In this document: positions 1-8,580 of the stretch, piece by piece
How the letters are laid out: the number at the start of each line of letters is the position of its first letter
Position numbering within the stretch: position 1 is the stretch's first letter
Virus record (IMG/VR): IMGVR_UViG_3300017777_003631
Location: 1 to 28,060 of that record
Reading direction: 5' to 3' (one strand)
Source: a virus
Lineage: Duplodnaviria; Caudoviricetes
Length of the DNA: 28,060 bases
Notes under the pieces: generated by a model
Databases searched by the model: none
Told to the model about the DNA's origin: nothing
Seen by the model: only the letters and a program-made list of their open reading frames with translations
Translations under genes and position numbers: made by a program

Positions 1-2269
1 CAAGTGATCCAGAACCAGTTTCATTAGAAATAAGTGTAGCAAGTTCCGCTGAACTTGTTGATGCAAACTGTGATAAAGTATTGGTTGTAAGAGCAACATT
101 TGTAATTGTACCTGTTGCACCGTTGACTGTTGATACACCTGTAACTGCACCTGTGAGTCCATTGAATGATATTACATAATCTGTTGGTATCGAACCAGTA
201 GCACCAGTGTTACCTTGAGGACCTGTTGCACCTGTAGCACCATTTGTTCCATTAGCACCTGTTGCACCCGTGACACCGCCCGCAGAAGACGCAATAGTAA
301 TTACATTGCCTACTGGTGTTAATGTAATATTTGAGCCAGCAGTAAGAGTAATAGCACCCGAAAGTCCATTAAAAGTCTTAACGATATTTGTGAGGTTTGT
401 TCCTGAACCTGAGAAACCAACAGTGGAAGAAATAAGACCTGTAAAGGATGCTGTTGTTCCTGCCAGATAAGAATCTGTTACTATTCCTTGACCACCATAT
501 TGCCTTAAGGTTCCATATGCACGAATATCAACAGTACCATTATCAATAATGAGTTTTACATGATCCCCGTTATCATAGAAATCTCCCATTGTAATAGTTG
601 GGGAATCCATAATGATTTCAAGTCCAGCAGTGAATCCTATAATATTTACATTGCCTGTAAAGGTTACACCTGCAGCACTAATACCTGCATTGAAAGTATT
701 AAGTGCCGTGAATACATTTGTTCCACCAACAGTGACACCAGTAACTGCACCAGAAAGTCCATTAAAAGTCTTAACGATATTTCTGAGGTTTGTTCCTGAA
801 CCTGAGAAACCAACAGTCGAAGACACAAGCCCAGTAAATGATGATGTTCCACCGTTTATAAATCCACCTGATATACCACCACTGCTAAAAATTAAACCAT
901 TATATACATCAATACCTGAACCCACTACCAAATTACCAACATGAGTGCTTCCGTTTAAGACTTCCAGTGCAATCTCGTCACCTTCTCCATTTATCTGAAC
1001 TACTCCCGTAAGATACAGATTGTCTGTGTTTACTCGGAATTCTGATAAGGCACCTTCAGTCGATACCAAAACCATATCTTGCTTTTTAGGATTGGCACTT
1101 CCGTCTGCAAATATTTTAAAAGCACCTGATATACCGTCTTGAACACCGACACTGAAGGAACGGTTGCCGTACGCTGATCCCCAATTACTAAGTAAGATAC
1201 CAAGATCAGCGCCGTTGACGAGGCCGTCATTGTTCAGATCTCCTTGTAGTGCATTTGAAATTACACTAATGTTAATCCAGTCGTATGTTCCTCCTTGAAA
1301 ATAGTAATCCCAGTAGTAATAAGTTCCTTGATCCCGCACAAACACCAAGTCGCCAGCAGTCTGACCCACTATACCATCTAGTTCGGCTGAGACTCCAACA
1401 GACCGTAGTAGTGCAAATCCTGCACCAATTCCGTAGGTAATAGATGTCCCGGCAGAGGAAACATTCAGACCTGTACCTGCTGCCCATGTAATAGCACCCG
1501 TAAGTCCGTTAGCAGCAGATACACCTTGAACTGCTCCAGTAGCACCAGTATTACCCGTATTACCACGAGGTCCGGCAACAATAGAATCTGCCCCTGTATT
1601 TCCTGTATTTCCTCTGACATAACCTATCGGTAATAATGATCCTACTATCCCATCAGGATATAGAATACTCATATACAGATAACCATCAGTTACTGTTGCG
1701 CCAGTATACCCATATCCGGTTGCTCCAGTAGCACCACGAGGACCAGCAACAGTAGAGTCGGCTCCAGTAGCACCACGAGGACCAGCAACAGTAGAGTCGG
1801 CACCAGTATTACCAGTATTACCACGAGGACCAGCAACAGTAGAGTCGGCTCCAGTAGCACCACGAGGACCAGCAACAGTAGAGTCGGCTCCAGTATTACC
1901 AGTATTACCACGAGGACCAGCAACAGTAGAGTCGGCGCCAGTAGCACCAGTATTTCCTCGTATTCCCGGATCACCTTGAGAACCTACCAATATAGAAGGC
2001 CCTAATGGAGTACCGATCAACACCGTGGTCTTTTCGGTTGTTGCTATTATATTTGTTGTAGTTAAAAAAGGTGTTACTGTAAGACTTGAAGGAGTCGAAG
2101 TATTTACTATAATATTATTTACAGTATCACCAGAATTATGTGTAACTTCTGTCTGTGGTCGAAGATTATTTGGTATTAAATTAGTAACATTAGAACCAGA
2201 GGAATTGACTTCACTCTGATTCTTAAATGTTGTTACTATTATTAATATATTATCATTCGAGTTAGACAT
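1..2269 (-). CDS. Collagen-like (Gly-X-Thr) tail fibre / virion fibre protein, 3'-truncated by window edge (>756 aa)
   Basis: Not in the ORF track. Manual translation from ATG at 2269 ([18 protein letters not shown]...) stays open to base 2. It contains [16 protein letters not shown] collagen repeats, recurring fibre motifs ([30 protein letters not shown]) and a dockerin-like motif. The Pro-rich + strand ORFs at 270, 612 and 2025 all share the expected antisense register. Confidence 0.85.
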   Translation of the reverse strand, partial: MSNSNDNILIIVTTFKNQSEVNSSGSNVTNLIPNNLRPQTEVTHNSGDTVNNIIVNTSTPSSLTVTPFLTTTNIIATTEKTTVLIGTPLGPSILVGSQGDPGIRGNTGATGADSTVAGPRGNTGNTGADSTVAGPRGATGADSTVAGPRGNTGNTGADSTVAGPRGATGADSTVAGPRGATGATGYGYTGATVTDGYLYMSILYPDGIVGSLLPIGYVRGNTGNTGADSIVAGPRGNTGNTGATGAVQGVSAANGLTGAITWAAGTGLNVSSAGTSITYGIGAGFALLRSVGVSAELDGIVGQTAGDLVFVRDQGTYYYWDYYFQGGTYDWINISVISNALQGDLNNDGLVNGADLGILLSNWGSAYGNRSFSVGVQDGISGAFKIFADGSANPKKQDMVLVSTEGALSEFRVNTDNLYLTGVVQINGEGDEIALEVLNGSTHVGNLVVGSGIDVYNGLIFSSGGISGGFINGGTSSFTGLVSSTVGFSGSGTNLRNIVKTFNGLSGAVTGVTVGGTNVFTALNTFNAGISAAGVTFTGNVNIIGFTAGLEIIMDSPTITMGDFYDNGDHVKLIIDNGTVDIRAYGTLRQYGGQGIVTDSYLAGTTASFTGLISSTVGFSGSGTNLTNIVKTFNGLSGAITLTAGSNITLTPVGNVITIASSAGGVTGATGANGTNGATGATGPQGNTGATGSIPTDYVISFNGLTGAVTGVSTVNGATGTITNVALTTNTLSQFASTSSAELATLISNETGSGSL
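360..817. repeat. Dispersed direct repeat within the fibre gene: 65 nt copies at 360-424 and 753-817 (one mismatch)
   Basis: gaaagtccattaaaagtcttaacgatattt(g/c)tgaggtttgttcctgaacctgagaaaccaacagt occurs twice, 393 nt (131 codons) apart, and encodes [11 protein letters not shown](T/R)[10 protein letters not shown]. Confidence 0.9.
1722..1950. repeat. Coding tandem repeat: 5 units alternating 39/48 nt, encoding [13 protein letters not shown] or [16 protein letters not shown]
   Basis: The core accacgaggaccagcaacagtagagtcggc starts at 1733, 1772, 1820, 1859 and 1907. A degenerate sixth copy lies near 1562-1592. All periods are multiples of 3. Confidence 0.9.
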
Positions 2270-2272
2270 TTA

Positions 2273-2704
2273 TTATTTAGTGATTTCTCTAGATACCTCA
2301 AATGCTCCCTCAATTAATCTATAAACTTCATTTGCATTAGTAGTTAATTCAAAATCGTAAAAATGCTTTCCAGCTGGAACATTTTTCATAGTAGTATTAT
2401 CAATTCTGAACATAATTCCACCCGTATATCCAGCAGCACCACTCACTGATGTATTAAAACTAATTCCACCAACTCCAAATACACCATTAGTTCCTACTGT
2501 AAATTCTCCAGTAACACCGCCTCCAGTAACACCATTTTTTGTTAAAAATAAAACAACTTCAGGATCTTTTTCTGATCTACGAACTTGCATAGAACCAGAA
2601 AAATTAGTTAAATCTATACCAGTTCCACCTTTATATTTGTAATCTAGGTGTAGTTTAAAAGTTGAACCTTGTTCGGCGTAAATGTCGTATCTTGATGCTG
2701 GCAT
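2273..2704 (-). CDS. Small virion structural / fibre-associated protein (BppU-N-like beta-sandwich)
   Basis: 143 aa with the pattern YDIYAEQGSTF...IDLTNFSGSMQVR...YDFELT...RLIEG.F.V..EIT, typical of small proteins upstream of fibre genes in large myophages. GGAG SD at 2710-2713. Confidence 0.6.
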   Translation of the reverse strand: MPASRYDIYAEQGSTFKLHLDYKYKGGTGIDLTNFSGSMQVRRSEKDPEVVLFLTKNGVTGGGVTGEFTVGTNGVFGVGGISFNTSVSGAAGYTGGIMFRIDNTTMKNVPAGKHFYDFELTTNANEVYRLIEGAFEVSREITK

Positions 2705-2715
2705 TTTATCTCCCG

Positions 2716-3927
2716 TTAAACATATTTATGTTTCTTTTTCTTCTTGAATATTTTCTTCTTTAAAGCAGGAGATGGGGTTGGTTCTTCTTTAGGCATTTTT
2801 ACTAATCCCTGTTCAACTAATCGATCTAATGCTTTTTGATATTCTTCCATGTTCTTTTGAACACGGGGAAGTTCCTCTACTGGAACATTTCCTTCCTTTA
2901 GCATTTTTTCTGTTGCCAAATACCCAATTGTCGGGTGTCCTGCGTAGAAAGCAGTAGAAGAAACTTCATCCAGAACTCCAAACTTATAAACAATATCTGC
3001 AACGAATAGAATATCATTTTTTGGGAAAGGAATATCCATTGCTGCTTTTGCATACAGGTACGCCAAAACCGGCATATTAAACTTTTGACGATATATTTGG
3101 GCAATATGGAATAGTGGTTCTGCTCTTGTTGGACGATAATTATATGCATCCAAGAAGGTCTGTTGAACCTCAGGCCATGGTTTATTCTGAAGAGCCTTTG
3201 AGATTGCTACTCTATAGATTGAATAGTAGACCTCTTCTGGCCATCCACCCATTTCTGCTCTTTTGATATAAGCAGTTTCTGCTTTATCATATTGCTGTGA
3301 ATCGAAATAACTTTGTGCTAGATAGAATTGATATCTGCCATTGTCTGGTTCATCAATAAGTGCTTTTTCTAAAACCTCGGCATCTCTGCTGTATTTTTCA
3401 ATTGGAGTGATATCTTGATTTCTTGCGCCAAGTGTTCTTGCAACTACTCTATAATTGCCTTCTAATTTAGATAGTATTGGATTTTGTTTTTCACATGCAG
3501 CGTATTCGTGCAATATACCAACATATCTCCATTTAGCATCAAGACGGAATAACTGATTTCTCCACCAAGAGAATTCTGGACGACCCATTCTTAGGGCATA
3601 AGAATCAGCATCCATATTATCAGGAATTGGTAATGTTCCTTCTAAGTAATCATCAGCATCTATAACAAATGCATAGTCTGCTTTACCTTCGCATAATTGG
3701 AATGCTTCGGTTCTATTATGACCGAATCCCTTCCATTCGCGTTCGTGAAGTTCTCCGGGTATTCCCTTTTCTTCAAAGAACTTCTTGATTATATCTTGAG
3801 TTCCATCAGTAGAACCAGTATCGCATATTACCCAATAATCAAGAATATTGTAAATGGAATTTAAACATTCCAAAATAATATGTGACTCATTCTTAACGAT
3901 CATGCATAGTGTAAGTTTTGGTTTCAT
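2716..3927 (-). CDS. GT2-family glycosyltransferase with C-terminal TPR repeats
   Basis: LTLCMIVKNESHII..CL.S, ICDTGSTDGT, DxD motif IDADD, LHEY. TPR-like helices (RYQFYLAQSYFDSQQYDKAETAY; RPTRAEPLFHIAQIY). Lys-rich C-terminus. Confidence 0.88.
   Translation of the reverse strand: MKPKLTLCMIVKNESHIILECLNSIYNILDYWVICDTGSTDGTQDIIKKFFEEKGIPGELHEREWKGFGHNRTEAFQLCEGKADYAFVIDADDYLEGTLPIPDNMDADSYALRMGRPEFSWWRNQLFRLDAKWRYVGILHEYAACEKQNPILSKLEGNYRVVARTLGARNQDITPIEKYSRDAEVLEKALIDEPDNGRYQFYLAQSYFDSQQYDKAETAYIKRAEMGGWPEEVYYSIYRVAISKALQNKPWPEVQQTFLDAYNYRPTRAEPLFHIAQIYRQKFNMPVLAYLYAKAAMDIPFPKNDILFVADIVYKFGVLDEVSSTAFYAGHPTIGYLATEKMLKEGNVPVEELPRVQKNMEEYQKALDRLVEQGLVKMPKEEPTPSPALKKKIFKKKKKHKYV
2723..2730 (-). 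promoter_or_regulatory. Putative gp55-dependent late promoter (CATAAATA)
   Basis: NATAAATA motif ~19 nt upstream of the start at 2704, in front of the structural genes. The motif also arises by chance in AT-rich DNA. Confidence 0.45.
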
Positions 3928-3940
3928 TTTATTGTCTCAA

Positions 3941-4543
3941 TCATTTTTTTGTAAAAATAGCATTACAACTATTATGAAAATGCAATTTAAATTCTATCTT
4001 GTTAAAAAAGGATACTAAGTTTTCAACTTGGTTATCGTGTTCTATACATACAACCTTAGTATTTAATCTATTATAATCTACTAGAGTAGAAATATAAGCA
4101 GATTGTCCTTCAACATCTATATTTATGAAATCTACAGTAGTGGGTAGTAATGGATACAAAGATTCAAAAGTAATCATCGATGCATATATTTTTTTAAATT
4201 TCGAACCGGAACCAATTCTCCATTTTTCGGTCCATTGAAAATCTGTACTAGAAATACCATCACCATTGCTATCAAAGAAAGGTATAACAGTGTGTTTATC
4301 TCCAACTAAAGAATTAATAATAGTAATATTATCGTTATCAATATATTCACCAATAAATCTATTTAAAGCAGAAGGAGATCCATCAACATAGCACCCTCCC
4401 CATTTTCTTTCTACTAAAAATCTTGTATTTGAAAATATAGTAGGAGAATATGCACCAACTTCAAGAAAATATCCAGAATCTCCTAAAAGGTTCTGAAGTA
4501 TTATATCTTCACCATATTGACTATAGGATTTAAAATCACTCAC
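3941..4543 (-). CDS. FkbM-family SAM-dependent methyltransferase
   Basis: YSQYGED, FLEVGAY, SNT, DFINIDVEG, VCIEH. GTG start overlaps the upstream stop (GTGA). Confidence 0.85.
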   Translation of the reverse strand: MSDFKSYSQYGEDIILQNLLGDSGYFLEVGAYSPTIFSNTRFLVERKWGGCYVDGSPSALNRFIGEYIDNDNITIINSLVGDKHTVIPFFDSNGDGISSTDFQWTEKWRIGSGSKFKKIYASMITFESLYPLLPTTVDFINIDVEGQSAYISTLVDYNRLNTKVVCIEHDNQVENLVSFFNKIEFKLHFHNSCNAIFTKK

Positions 4544-5550
4544 GCTTGAAACCTGTCTCTCATATCCAACTCAGCAGTGCTCATTATATATTGAGATTCG
4601 ATCTGAGACTTTATCCAAGAATAGGTCTTGATTATTCCATCTCTCAATGATTGAGTGGGTTCCCAACCAACATTTTCACGATATAATTTATTATTAGAAT
4701 TTCTTCCACGAACCCCTACTGGTCCTGGTATGTTATTTATACTAAGATTCTTATGGGAAATATCAATGACCATTTGTGCCAAATCGTTAATTTTAATCAT
4801 CTCCTCAGAACCAATGTTTACAGGACCAATGAAATCAGATTCCATCAATCGACAGGTTGCTTCAACACACTCATCGATGTATAAGAAAGAACGGGTTTGT
4901 TGACCATCTCCCCATACATCAATATGAGTATTATTTGATGCTTCTGCTACCTTTCTGCATAGAGCAGCAGGTGCTTTTTCCTTACCATTACACCACGTTC
5001 CCTCTGGTCCAAAAATATTGTGGTAACGAGCAACACGAACATTTAGTCCATGATTTCTTGCAAATGCAAGGAACAAACGCTCGCTGAACAGTTTCTCCCA
5101 ACCGTATTCGCTATCAGGTGCGGCAGGATATGCCGAATCTTCTGAGCATTTCGGATTGTCCGGGTCTTCTTGATTGTATGCGGGATACATGCACGCCGAA
5201 GATGAATAGAAAACCTTACCGACCTTGCTAGTCAAACAACGCTCAACTACATTAAGATTAATTAATGCAGAATTATGCATGATATTTGCATCATTCTCCC
5301 CAGTAAAAATATATCCCGCGCCGCCCATATCAGCAGCGAGTTGATATACTTCATCAAATTTAGTATTAAATGCGTTATCACATACTAATTGATTACGCAA
5401 GTCACCAACAATAAAATCGTCAGCAGGAGAGGGAGCAAATTCAGGTCGCTTTAAATCAACAACACGAACCCAATGTCCTTCTTTTTTAAATTTCTTCACA
5501 AGATGTGAACCGATAAAACCACCGCCACCAAGTACTAGTATTTTTTTCAT
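4540..5550 (-). CDS. GDP-mannose 3,5-epimerase-like extended SDR
   Basis: GGGGFIG Rossmann motif, LAADMGGAGYI, SSACMYP (catalytic Cys), YGWEK (YxxxK), EKAPAALCRK and GVRGRNS are characteristic of the GME family. Confidence 0.88.
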   Translation of the reverse strand: MKKILVLGGGGFIGSHLVKKFKKEGHWVRVVDLKRPEFAPSPADDFIVGDLRNQLVCDNAFNTKFDEVYQLAADMGGAGYIFTGENDANIMHNSALINLNVVERCLTSKVGKVFYSSSACMYPAYNQEDPDNPKCSEDSAYPAAPDSEYGWEKLFSERLFLAFARNHGLNVRVARYHNIFGPEGTWCNGKEKAPAALCRKVAEASNNTHIDVWGDGQQTRSFLYIDECVEATCRLMESDFIGPVNIGSEEMIKINDLAQMVIDISHKNLSINNIPGPVGVRGRNSNNKLYRENVGWEPTQSLRDGIIKTYSWIKSQIESQYIMSTAELDMRDRFQA

Positions 5551-5553
5551 AAT

Positions 5554-6177
5554 TTAATCCTTTTGCATTACAAAACAGCCAACTCCAAATGCTCTATCTG
5601 TAAAGATAATATCTTTCATAGAATCGGGTTCAGTTAAAATCCAATTATTATCAACTAATTTATAAGTATATTCTTCAACAATTTTAGAACCTTCTATTAA
5701 ATTTAATATACCTTCATAATCATAATTTTGATGGTATTTTTGCCAAACATGTTTTCCAAATGGAACAGTTAATAGTACATATCCATTTTTATTTAATACG
5801 GATAATGCTTTTTTATAACCAACTTTATCATAATTGGGTCTAAAAATTAAATCACTTTCCGTACATTGTGGAAAATGTTCCAAAGACGAAAGAAAAATAG
5901 CTATATCAAATTTTTGTTCTTTGAAATTATATGTTACAAAATCTCCCTGATATGTACAAAGACGAAAATCATTTACTCTATAATCAACTTTATTTTGTTG
6001 TAAAAATTCATAAAAATTAGATAAAACTGATTGATTAGTTGGTATACCACCAATATCTAAAATAATATTACCAGATTTATAATATTTTTTTATAAATTCA
6101 TAAACAAATATAGATTCTACTGTTCTTTCGCTATTAAAAATATTTTCAATTACTTCATTCATATTAATTATCATCAT
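5554..6177 (-). CDS. Class I SAM-dependent methyltransferase-like protein (DUF268-like)
   Basis: SERTVE, ILDIGG, FDIAIFLSSLEHF, LNKNGYVLLTVPFG. Confidence 0.65.
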   Translation of the reverse strand: MMIINMNEVIENIFNSERTVESIFVYEFIKKYYKSGNIILDIGGIPTNQSVLSNFYEFLQQNKVDYRVNDFRLCTYQGDFVTYNFKEQKFDIAIFLSSLEHFPQCTESDLIFRPNYDKVGYKKALSVLNKNGYVLLTVPFGKHVWQKYHQNYDYEGILNLIEGSKIVEEYTYKLVDNNWILTEPDSMKDIIFTDRAFGVGCFVMQKD

Positions 6178-6203
6178 AGTTTAGATTCAATCTAATAATA
6201 CTA

Positions 6204-6563
6204 TTAATCACCTTTTATTAATCTATAACTGTCGTTGTCAAAATGCTCAGTAGAAAATTCAAATAATTCTGTATTCTCAAGTGCAATCATTCTATGTCTC
6301 AATCCGCGATATATGTGAAAACTGTCTCCAATATTTAGTATAATTTCAGAAGCAGTTTCTAAGTCATCGCCATCCGAATATTTTAAAATTATACTTCCAC
6401 TTTGAACATAAAAAGTTTCATCTTTTAAAATATGATAATGCCAAGATACTTTTTTATCCTTTTCGATATAAAGAAGTTTTCCACAATATTCAGGTTTATT
6501 AACAATCCACTTTTCATATCCCCAACCCTTGGGATGTATTTCATTTAAAGAAGTCATTAGCAT
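6204..6563 (-). CDS. Cupin-domain protein (mannose-6-phosphate isomerase-like sugar isomerase)
   Basis: KGWGYEKWI, SWHYHILKDETFYV.SG (cupin motif 1), GDSFHI..G.RHRM (motif 2). The start may be the ATG at 6557. Confidence 0.8.
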   Translation of the reverse strand: MLMTSLNEIHPKGWGYEKWIVNKPEYCGKLLYIEKDKKVSWHYHILKDETFYVQSGSIILKYSDGDDLETASEIILNIGDSFHIYRGLRHRMIALENTELFEFSTEHFDNDSYRLIKGD

Positions 6564-6858
6564 TCATTCCTTTGTCATCGATATAGAAATCACCGGATGG
6601 TTTTCCTAAAATTAATTCATGGAATTTTACACCCCATCTATTGATTTGGTCAAGTGTAAAATTATAAAATTGTTCATATGCTTTTGTATGATTTCCTCTA
6701 TTTCTGTTCATACCTCTAGCAGTAAATAAAACTATAGTATGACCTGCATCGTGTAATTCATTTATCCTTTGAATTCTATCCGTATAGGGTTTTGCAAAAG
6801 TATAATTACCGTTTTCCATAGTACAAATTGTTCCGTCAATATCAATCACATACTTCAA
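6541..6858 (-). CDS. Small HAD-superfamily phosphatase (capsule-biosynthesis phosphatase BcbF/EcbF-like)
   Basis: VIDIDGTIC (DxD motif I), FTARG (motif II), GKP and YIDDK (motifs III/IV); 105 aa, no cap domain. Confidence 0.82.
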   Translation of the reverse strand: MKYVIDIDGTICTMENGNYTFAKPYTDRIQRINELHDAGHTIVLFTARGMNRNRGNHTKAYEQFYNFTLDQINRWGVKFHELILGKPSGDFYIDDKGMNANDFFK

Positions 6859-7648
6859 GAATGTCTCCTTTTGCTAATGTGTATATACCAAGATGTTCGG
6901 TTGACCTTGAAGCTAAAATTACTGACTTTTTAATAGATTCTTCCATATTATTTGTCATATAATAAAGCACAGAAAGTACAGAAAGAAAAACATCACCCGC
7001 ACCAGTAACATCAAACATTTCGACATTTGGTGCCGGAAAGTTTATATTGTTCCACGATGCACCATTTTTACCTTTGGTGACAATTAAATTGATATTTTTA
7101 GGAACTTCTTTTAGTAAAGAAAATTCATTATCATTACATTTTAATATGCAATTTTTGAAATTTGAAAAACAATTTATTGATGTCTTTTTTGTGTCAACAA
7201 AGACAGGACATGTTATTTGCTTTGATATCTTTTTAACAAATTTTTCTGTTAATAGTCCCCGATTATAATCAGATATTACAACAAAATCATAATTATCATT
7301 TATCAGAGAGATCAAAGGATCGATGGTATTTGTTATATCTTCACGAAGCAGTTGTTGCTTTGATTTAAGATCTACAAATCTTCGCTTGATTAGTAAAGCA
7401 GAAACATTAGTTAAAAATTCAACTTTACAACCAAAAGATTCTAAATTATTTTTTACATTATTAGCCATTCCAAATTTAGTTTCACATGACTGTAAATCAA
7501 AAACCGGAACAGGTGCTTCTGGACTTATTCTATTGACATGTCCGAAATGATATTCATCTCTACAAGTTTCCCCCAATAACAATACTTTCAATGGTTTTTG
7601 AAGTAGAGTATTCAGGGATTCTTTCGAAAAATTTGACTTCTTTTGCAT
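6842..7648 (-). CDS. PfkB/ribokinase-family sugar kinase (HldE/RfaE domain I-like)
   Basis: VLLLGE.C.DEY.FG...RISPEAPVPV, GMAANV-like GMANNV..NL, ISDYNRG, VDTK, DVTGAGDVF anion hole. Start uncertain (7660, 7648 or TTG 7591). Confidence 0.85.
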   Translation of the reverse strand: MQKKSNFSKESLNTLLQKPLKVLLLGETCRDEYHFGHVNRISPEAPVPVFDLQSCETKFGMANNVKNNLESFGCKVEFLTNVSALLIKRRFVDLKSKQQLLREDITNTIDPLISLINDNYDFVVISDYNRGLLTEKFVKKISKQITCPVFVDTKKTSINCFSNFKNCILKCNDNEFSLLKEVPKNINLIVTKGKNGASWNNINFPAPNVEMFDVTGAGDVFLSVLSVLYYMTNNMEESIKKSVILASRSTEHLGIYTLAKGDILEVCD

Positions 7649-7967
7649 ATTCACTACCAATCACGGGTTTCCCTATCCAATCCGAACCGACAATCATTAT
7701 ATCTGGTTCAAATTTTTTTACAAGGGATTTTAATTGATTATCATTATCAAAAACATAAACTGCATCAACATATCGAATTGCAAGTAACATTTCCTTACGG
7801 ACTTCACTAGTATTTATGGGTCGCAAATCACCCTTCTTCTCTTTGACTCGTTCGTCTGAATCAATACCAACAACTACTTTGTCACCCAGTGATTTTGCAT
7901 ATTTCAACATTTCTATATGACCGGGATGTAGTATATCAAAACAACCATTAGTAAATACTATTTTCAT
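7560..7967 (-). CDS. Cytidylyltransferase-family nucleotidyltransferase (HldE/RfaE domain II / TagD-like)
   Basis: VFTNGCFDILHPGH (HxGH), GIDSD.RV...KG..RP, GSDW, YSTSK. Confidence 0.88.
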   Translation of the reverse strand: MKIVFTNGCFDILHPGHIEMLKYAKSLGDKVVVGIDSDERVKEKKGDLRPINTSEVRKEMLLAIRYVDAVYVFDNDNQLKSLVKKFEPDIMIVGSDWIGKPVIGSEYAKEVKFFERIPEYSTSKTIESIVIGGNL

Positions 7968-7968
7968 A

Positions 7969-8580
7969 TTAATTTATTGGTGTAAAAATTAAATATCCTT
8001 GATGATTATTTAATTTTTGAATATTATGTGTATCTTTAAATGCATCATATAAAAATGAAGAATTTATACTCACTAATTGTGAACGAGTAGTATTGAAATT
8101 GCATATCTTTGCATGATTATCAAAAGTTCCCCATTCATAATTTCCATCTTCGTATAACCATAAATCATCTACTATAATTACATCTTTGTATAAATTTTTT
8201 CTTTTAACTATTTCTTGGATTTCATGATACAAAGGAACTCTAATATCTTCATTTTTTTCATTATCATACGAAACTTTATGTATATCTGCACCAGGAAAAT
8301 GAGCATCTAACCAAAATAAAGCTGATTTTTTTATATTTGGTAAAATTTTAGAAAGAATTTGTGTAGAATTTCCATTATAAATTTTTACTTTATCATTATT
8401 GATAAATCTATTATATGCTTTTTGATATAGGTCTTTATCTATTTCAATTGAATATAATTCATTAAAAACAGGTAATAGCCATTCTATCGTATCTCCATGT
8501 AAAGTTCCAGTTTCAATAAAAACTTCTAAATTAAATTTATTTTTGATTTCTTGTATATTAAATATTTTTAGATCACCCAT
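7969..8580 (-). CDS. Class I SAM-dependent methyltransferase
   Basis: VFIETGTLHGDT, SIEID, GNS, FWLDAH, IIVDD. Confidence 0.75.
   Translation of the reverse strand: MGDLKIFNIQEIKNKFNLEVFIETGTLHGDTIEWLLPVFNELYSIEIDKDLYQKAYNRFINNDKVKIYNGNSTQILSKILPNIKKSALFWLDAHFPGADIHKVSYDNEKNEDIRVPLYHEIQEIVKRKNLYKDVIIVDDLWLYEDGNYEWGTFDNHAKICNFNTTRSQLVSINSSFLYDAFKDTHNIQKLNNHQGYLIFTPIN

Noticed and set aside
360-817. Diversity-generating retroelement TR/VR pair
   Set aside because: Only one mismatch (G/C, not adenine-specific), both copies are coding in the same frame, and no reverse transcriptase is present.
1722-1950. Possible CRISPR array (29-30 nt repeat, 5 copies)
   Set aside because: Intervening sequences are only 9-18 nt, are themselves repeated and keep frame; the array encodes collagen repeats in an open ORF; no cas genes.
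270-2219. Short ORFs 270-470, 560-799, 612-944, 2025-2219 (+) and 664-852, 1030-1230, 1272-1487, 1690-1974 (-)
   Set aside because: Antisense or alternate-frame shadows of the long Gly/Thr-rich fibre gene; the Leu/Val-rich 1690-1974 ORF is the collagen repeat read out of frame.
4120-4741. NATAAATA motifs at 4120-4127 and 4734-4741 (minus strand) as late promoters
   Set aside because: Intragenic and ~190 nt from the next start; such 8-mers are expected several times by chance in DNA this AT-rich.
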